DNA of 64,000 nt from Octopus bimaculoides. Lineage: Eukaryota. Position 1 is the first letter of the stretch. The number at the start of each line of letters is the position of its first letter. The notes below the pieces were generated by a model that saw only the letters and a list, made by a program, of their open reading frames with translations, was not told the origin of the DNA and did not search any database. Shown one piece after another: positions 60,903 to 64,000 of this stretch. Both the position numbers and the translations under genes were made by a program. The DNA lies in NCBI RefSeq assembly GCF_001194135.2, contig NC_068982.1:110425669-110489668 (forward strand), in the 5' to 3' direction.

Positions 60903-62985
60903 CAAAAAAACAAGTCAAAGTTACATTCAAAAATAGAATCACAAAAAAACCTCATTTTATCAGCATCATTCTACTCAGCTTTCATTAACAGCTATCAAAT
61001 CTGAGAGTGTTACCTATGATAGTAGACTAGTACCTGGACCATAAGAAGATTTACTCCTCATTTATCAAATGCTATATAAATTGAAATAAATACAAGCCTA
61101 TCGATCTATAGATATGTGAAAAGCTATCAATTTTAACTAGTTTTAGAAATCTTATAGTAATATTAATTTCAAATTTTGGCACAAGGCCCACAATTTCAGG
61201 TGAGAGGTTAAGTCGATCCCAATGTTCAACTGCTACTTATTTACTGACCCTGAAAAGATGAAAGGCAAAGTCAACCTCAGCAGAATTTGAACTCAGAATG
61301 TAAAAATGGACGAAATAAGCATTATACCTGGCACGCTAACAATTCTGGCAGCTCGTTATCTTAAATCTTATAGTAATATTAAAACATAAATCAAGCATCA
61401 CACTCTGAGAGTTAGATGCTGCTATCTCATCAGCTACAGTGCCATATCTAGTTTCTAAATAATATTCATCATAGCTCTTCACTGTAAAAAGCTACGTATG
61501 TTTAAATCCTCAAATTCCTGTGGTAGGAGTATACATTGCTATACCTACATTATAACCTCCGTTTCCAGCCTCTCTCTCTTTGTCAAGCTACAATTAACTC
61601 ACAATATAACACCATGTGACTGTAGTATAAATTGCTTTATTTGATGCCCTCGACAAATGTTTGTATAACACTTGATTTTATATGGCAGTTACCAGCCTTT
61701 TATCTATCAACTGAAATAATGCACTATTATTAAGCATTGTCACCATCATCAATTTACATCTATTTTACATGCGATATGGTCTGGAAGTGTGGTCACAATC
61801 TGAGTCAGTTCTTATTCGGAGATTCTGCTCTCCTATGTGGGTTAAAGGATCATATCTCACTTGTATGTTCTATTTTTTGTTTTTATGACTAAGGGCCTAT
61901 TCAAATACCAACAACTTTACAGATTGTACTGGATGCATTTTACAAGCACCAGCATTAGAGAAGTTGCTATGTCCTCAACAAGAATAAAGGACCTTCTTGA
62001 TGCTACATCAACAGAGATAATGTAGCACTACTTCACACAGTGTCTTGCATACATTTTATTGTGGCATCAGAACTAATGAGTTTGTCTTATGCCACAGAAG
62101 ACTAGGGTCAAAGCAATGAAACCAAGAGAATGAAAAAAACAATGATTGAAATGAGAAGGTGCTGGAAATAGTAATGAAAGAGAGAGTGATGGTAGCTATG
62201 CGTTTGCTGCCAGGGATAGAGAAAGAGAGAGACAGACAATAGTAAAGATGCGTGATGAAAAGATAGATGTCAATTATTGGTTACCTGTGGGAGGAGTGAT
62301 GTGTAGCAGTACACAAGGATAATGGTGAGGTGTATCAGTTGCAAACAAATTTGATCCATTACTCGTTAACACAAAGATTTGTGATAAGAGAGAATAGATT
62401 TAATGTCTTTTATTAGATGGTTGGCATTAAACATTGAATATGAGAGAAAGAGAGAGAGAGATATGACAAGGTATGGAAAAAGTAGGTGAGGGGCAAATAG
62501 AGACTTAATAGAAATATAATGGGCAAGAGATCCAACTGTAGATATCACAGATATATATGAATGAACAATAATTCATGAATACCTTTTTGGCATTATCCTT
62601 CATTTCAGTATTTTCTGCACACTGTGATTGCAGACGAGGTTTAATATCCCACAACATTTTAGGATTCACTCTGTAATAAGAAAGAGAGAAACCATAATGA
62701 ATATGAATAAACATAAATCTAGGAGGGTTTCTTTATTTTGATATTTTAACTCAGCCTTTTTATGCCGGCATGGGTTAAATTCAAAATGAAGGTCTTTTAA
62801 TAACTAAAGATTTACAAAAATTTTCTATGGTGACTTTGATGATAATGAGAGACAAAGTTCAATGAAATTTTATTCAAACTCACTGTATCTTTTTTATTGG
62901 GATTTTCTTTTTCTGTAAATTCTCAATCATTCCTTGCTCTTCACTGGGCAACAAAAACAATAAGGACTCACCATTCTTCTTGTAT
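51291..62985 (-). CDS. DDX10: DEAD-box RNA helicase DDX10/Dbp4, 3' nine coding exons (5' part outside the window)
   Basis: Minus-strand exons 62985-62884, 62670-62583, 60515-60427, 59904-59508, 58003-57878, 56979-56821, 54333-54289, 52224-52082, 51438-51291, all GT-AG and in phase. Peptides RYKKNGESLLFLLPSE, AFISYIRSVFLM, SLGLEVIPRVRFL, KIKFDDDGE, EDKVDK and EDLVLKLM match remembered human DDX10. Confidence 0.94.
52082..52224 (-). CDS. DDX10: DDX10 exon (KNQRTVVLRTGSDEESHDYSDSGEPENDTDGNYSEDEVSNESDDNSI)
   Basis: ttattag acceptor (NAGNAG), TG|GTATGT donor; acidic tail region. Confidence 0.82.
52403..53795 (+). mobile_element. 5'-truncated RTE-clade LINE in a DDX10 intron (antisense to DDX10)
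   Basis: LAFVDMEKAFDRVP, GVHQGSVLSPLLF, LLYADDL, KTK, PHD-like Cys cluster, FCYLGD; in-frame stops; same family as 16345-18480. Confidence 0.94.
54289..54333 (-). CDS. DDX10: DDX10 exon (EIRLKRKEMLRQKKM)
   Basis: cttttag acceptor, ATG|GTAACT donor; matches human EKRLKEREARR. Confidence 0.85.
54685..55195 (+). mobile_element. RTE LINE 3' fragment with tail
   Basis: End of ORF2 (CVQERRLHWFGYVMQM...TCGRGRPRTW) followed by the 3' UTR and a GATGATGA tail. Confidence 0.85.
55835..56030 (+). repeat. Abundant old interspersed repeat D (aaatagcagccaaa...gtagtcctagatacact...gatcagggtcagcctgg...aacaac tail)
   Basis: Degenerate copies in both orientations at about 2730, 3160, 9640, 21990, 24680-25120, 25300, 26820, 27210, 31480, 31640, 35330, 39250, 45290, 48050 and 58220. 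Confidence 0.7.
56821..56979 (-). CDS. DDX10: DDX10 exon (VVKDMYKH...GISIEEAKMYMEAEDKVDKKIFHDKVNARHK)
   Basis: tttcag acceptor, GTAAGT donor; matches human GINLHKAKERLQEEDKFDK. Confidence 0.93.
57878..58003 (-). CDS. DDX10: DDX10 exon (VDNSKTVTKNKKKVLSKVSIAKRALRKNIELNTKIKFDDDGE)
   Basis: tttcag acceptor, GAG|GTTAGT donor, phase 0-0. Confidence 0.93.
59508..59904 (-). CDS. DDX10: DDX10 exon (SLGLEVIPRVRFLEK...acidic/Ser-rich...DDLLTFKRRIPAEPVENVTKE)
   Basis: tttgtag acceptor, GAG|GTAGAG donor; inside ORF 59478..59945. Confidence 0.93.
60093..60320 (+). mobile_element. tRNA-derived SINE family C (Deu/Nin-domain-like core ctttcatcctt...gtcgataaattaagtaccag)
   Basis: Head ggcggcgagctggcagaa and gttcaaattcc; related copies at about 8370-8512(-), 9300-9470(+), 39555-39745(-), 49620-49805(+), 55195-55295(-) and 61175-61355(-); a second tail lies just upstream at about 60000-60085. 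Confidence 0.8.
60427..60515 (-). CDS. DDX10: DDX10 exon (AFISYIRSVFLMSNKSIFDVKNLDLGNFS)
   Basis: ttgcag acceptor, TG|GTATGT donor; matches human CFVSYVRSVYLMKDKEVFDV. Confidence 0.94.
61175..61355 (-). mobile_element. SINE family C copy
   Basis: ggcacaaggcccacaatt...gatgaaaggcaaagtcaacctcagcagaatttgaactc. Confidence 0.8.
62583..62670 (-). CDS. DDX10: DDX10 exon (VNPKMLWDIKPRLQSQCAENTEMKDNAKK)
   Basis: ttacag acceptor, AAG|GTATTC donor, phase 2 to 0. Confidence 0.9.
62884..62985 (-). CDS. DDX10: DDX10 exon (RYKKNGESLLFLLPSEEQGMIENLQKKKIPIKKIQ)
   Basis: ttccag acceptor, CA|GTGAGT donor; follows helicase motif VI. Confidence 0.92.
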
Positions 62986-64000
62986 CTGGAAATCATAAAT
63001 GAAAGCTGCTCTACAACAATTTAAGTCAGAACGATATGAAATGGTGCTATTACAAACAATGACCATGACCTGTGAGTCACAGAAACAATTATTTCAGTGC
63101 ATTCTAACATTTGAAGGATAGCGACATACTTTTGCTCATTAAAAATTAGATGACACTATAAATATACATTCTTTCACATTAAATACTGTATAGCTACAGG
63201 TGAGAGTAAGCTTACATGGAAAAAATAGGTCATGAATGCTTGATTTTAATTTGCAAATGTAAAATATCCAATATAAAATATTCTGGCCTTGAACAATATC
63301 ACAACACTCAAGGTAGAAAGCACTGAAGTTCAAATTACAAAGACTTCACAATACATTCTAAAACAGAAACAAGAAACACAGGAGAAAACAAATTATTCAT
63401 TCTTACAGTAGTTCGGTTTTACTTTCATAAAATCTTGGGTTCTGAAGAGACTAATGTTGCAATTTCCAGTGTATTAAATAGTTAAGAGAAGAAACATTCT
63501 TCAGATAAGAAGTTAATATATAAAGTTTTCTAGAAATACTAGCAGTTTTAATCAGTACATAGCAGATTAACTGAAGCAATTACACAATGGAATGTCTTCA
63601 GCAGTGCATATATGCCCATGTCATACATTGTAATAGTAACTGTAATTTTCCAACAGTGGACTCTATTTAAATTCCAGTTGATTATTACCTTTGAAACCTA
63701 GTTTTCAAAAAAGTTAAGACTATGGGAAAATATCAAACATAGGAGTAAATATTTTAAACAAATATAGCCACTAACAATGTGAGTTGAAGATAGCAGAGTT
63801 TGCAAATACTAACATTTTATGGTAACTAGTTCAATACTTCAAGTTTATGCCTGAGTCAATAAAATAAGAACCAGTTATATAAAATTAATTAATTATTCCA
63901 TTGCCATTTATTAAAAAGGTAGAGTCACAGAATTGATAGCACACCAAACAAGAAATACCTATGGTATTTAATAACGTTTCTTTATATTCAGAGTCCAAAG

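Noticed and set aside
62972-62985. 14-nt DDX10 microexon suggested by ATG|GTGAGT
   Set aside because: The frame continues (GESLLFLLPSE...) matching DDX10 to the true donor at 62883.

Overview
AT-rich, gap-containing (N runs), repeat-dense eukaryotic genomic DNA. The SINE, RTE-LINE and microsatellite content looks like a coleoid cephalopod, most likely Octopus (inference). Two intron-rich genes converge tail-to-tail. (1) POLR3C/RPC3 (RNA polymerase III subunit C) is complete on the + strand: 15 coding exons, 19061-46943, 1560 nt, 519 aa, all splice phases consistent. Its intron 8 has U12 (minor spliceosome) signals. (2) The 3' nine coding exons of DDX10/Dbp4 (DEAD-box helicase) lie on the - strand, 62985 to 51291; the gene starts beyond the window. 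A probable first coding exon of an unidentified gene lies on the - strand at 5774-6022. Introns and intergenic DNA hold at least three tRNA-derived SINE families, decayed RTE LINEs (with a PHD-type finger inside the RT), many RTE 3' tails ending in (GAT)n, a hAT MITE with an 8-bp TSD and two mariner-type MITEs. The most unusual object is in POLR3C intron 11. A SINE is split at its central (TA)n by an insert that starts with an open coding fragment resembling VPS13D and, after an assembly gap, ends with an RTE 3' tail. It is a candidate RTE-mobilised host-gene fragment, but a mis-scaffolded contig cannot be excluded. Protein identifications rest on remembered orthologue sequences and were not run against a database.
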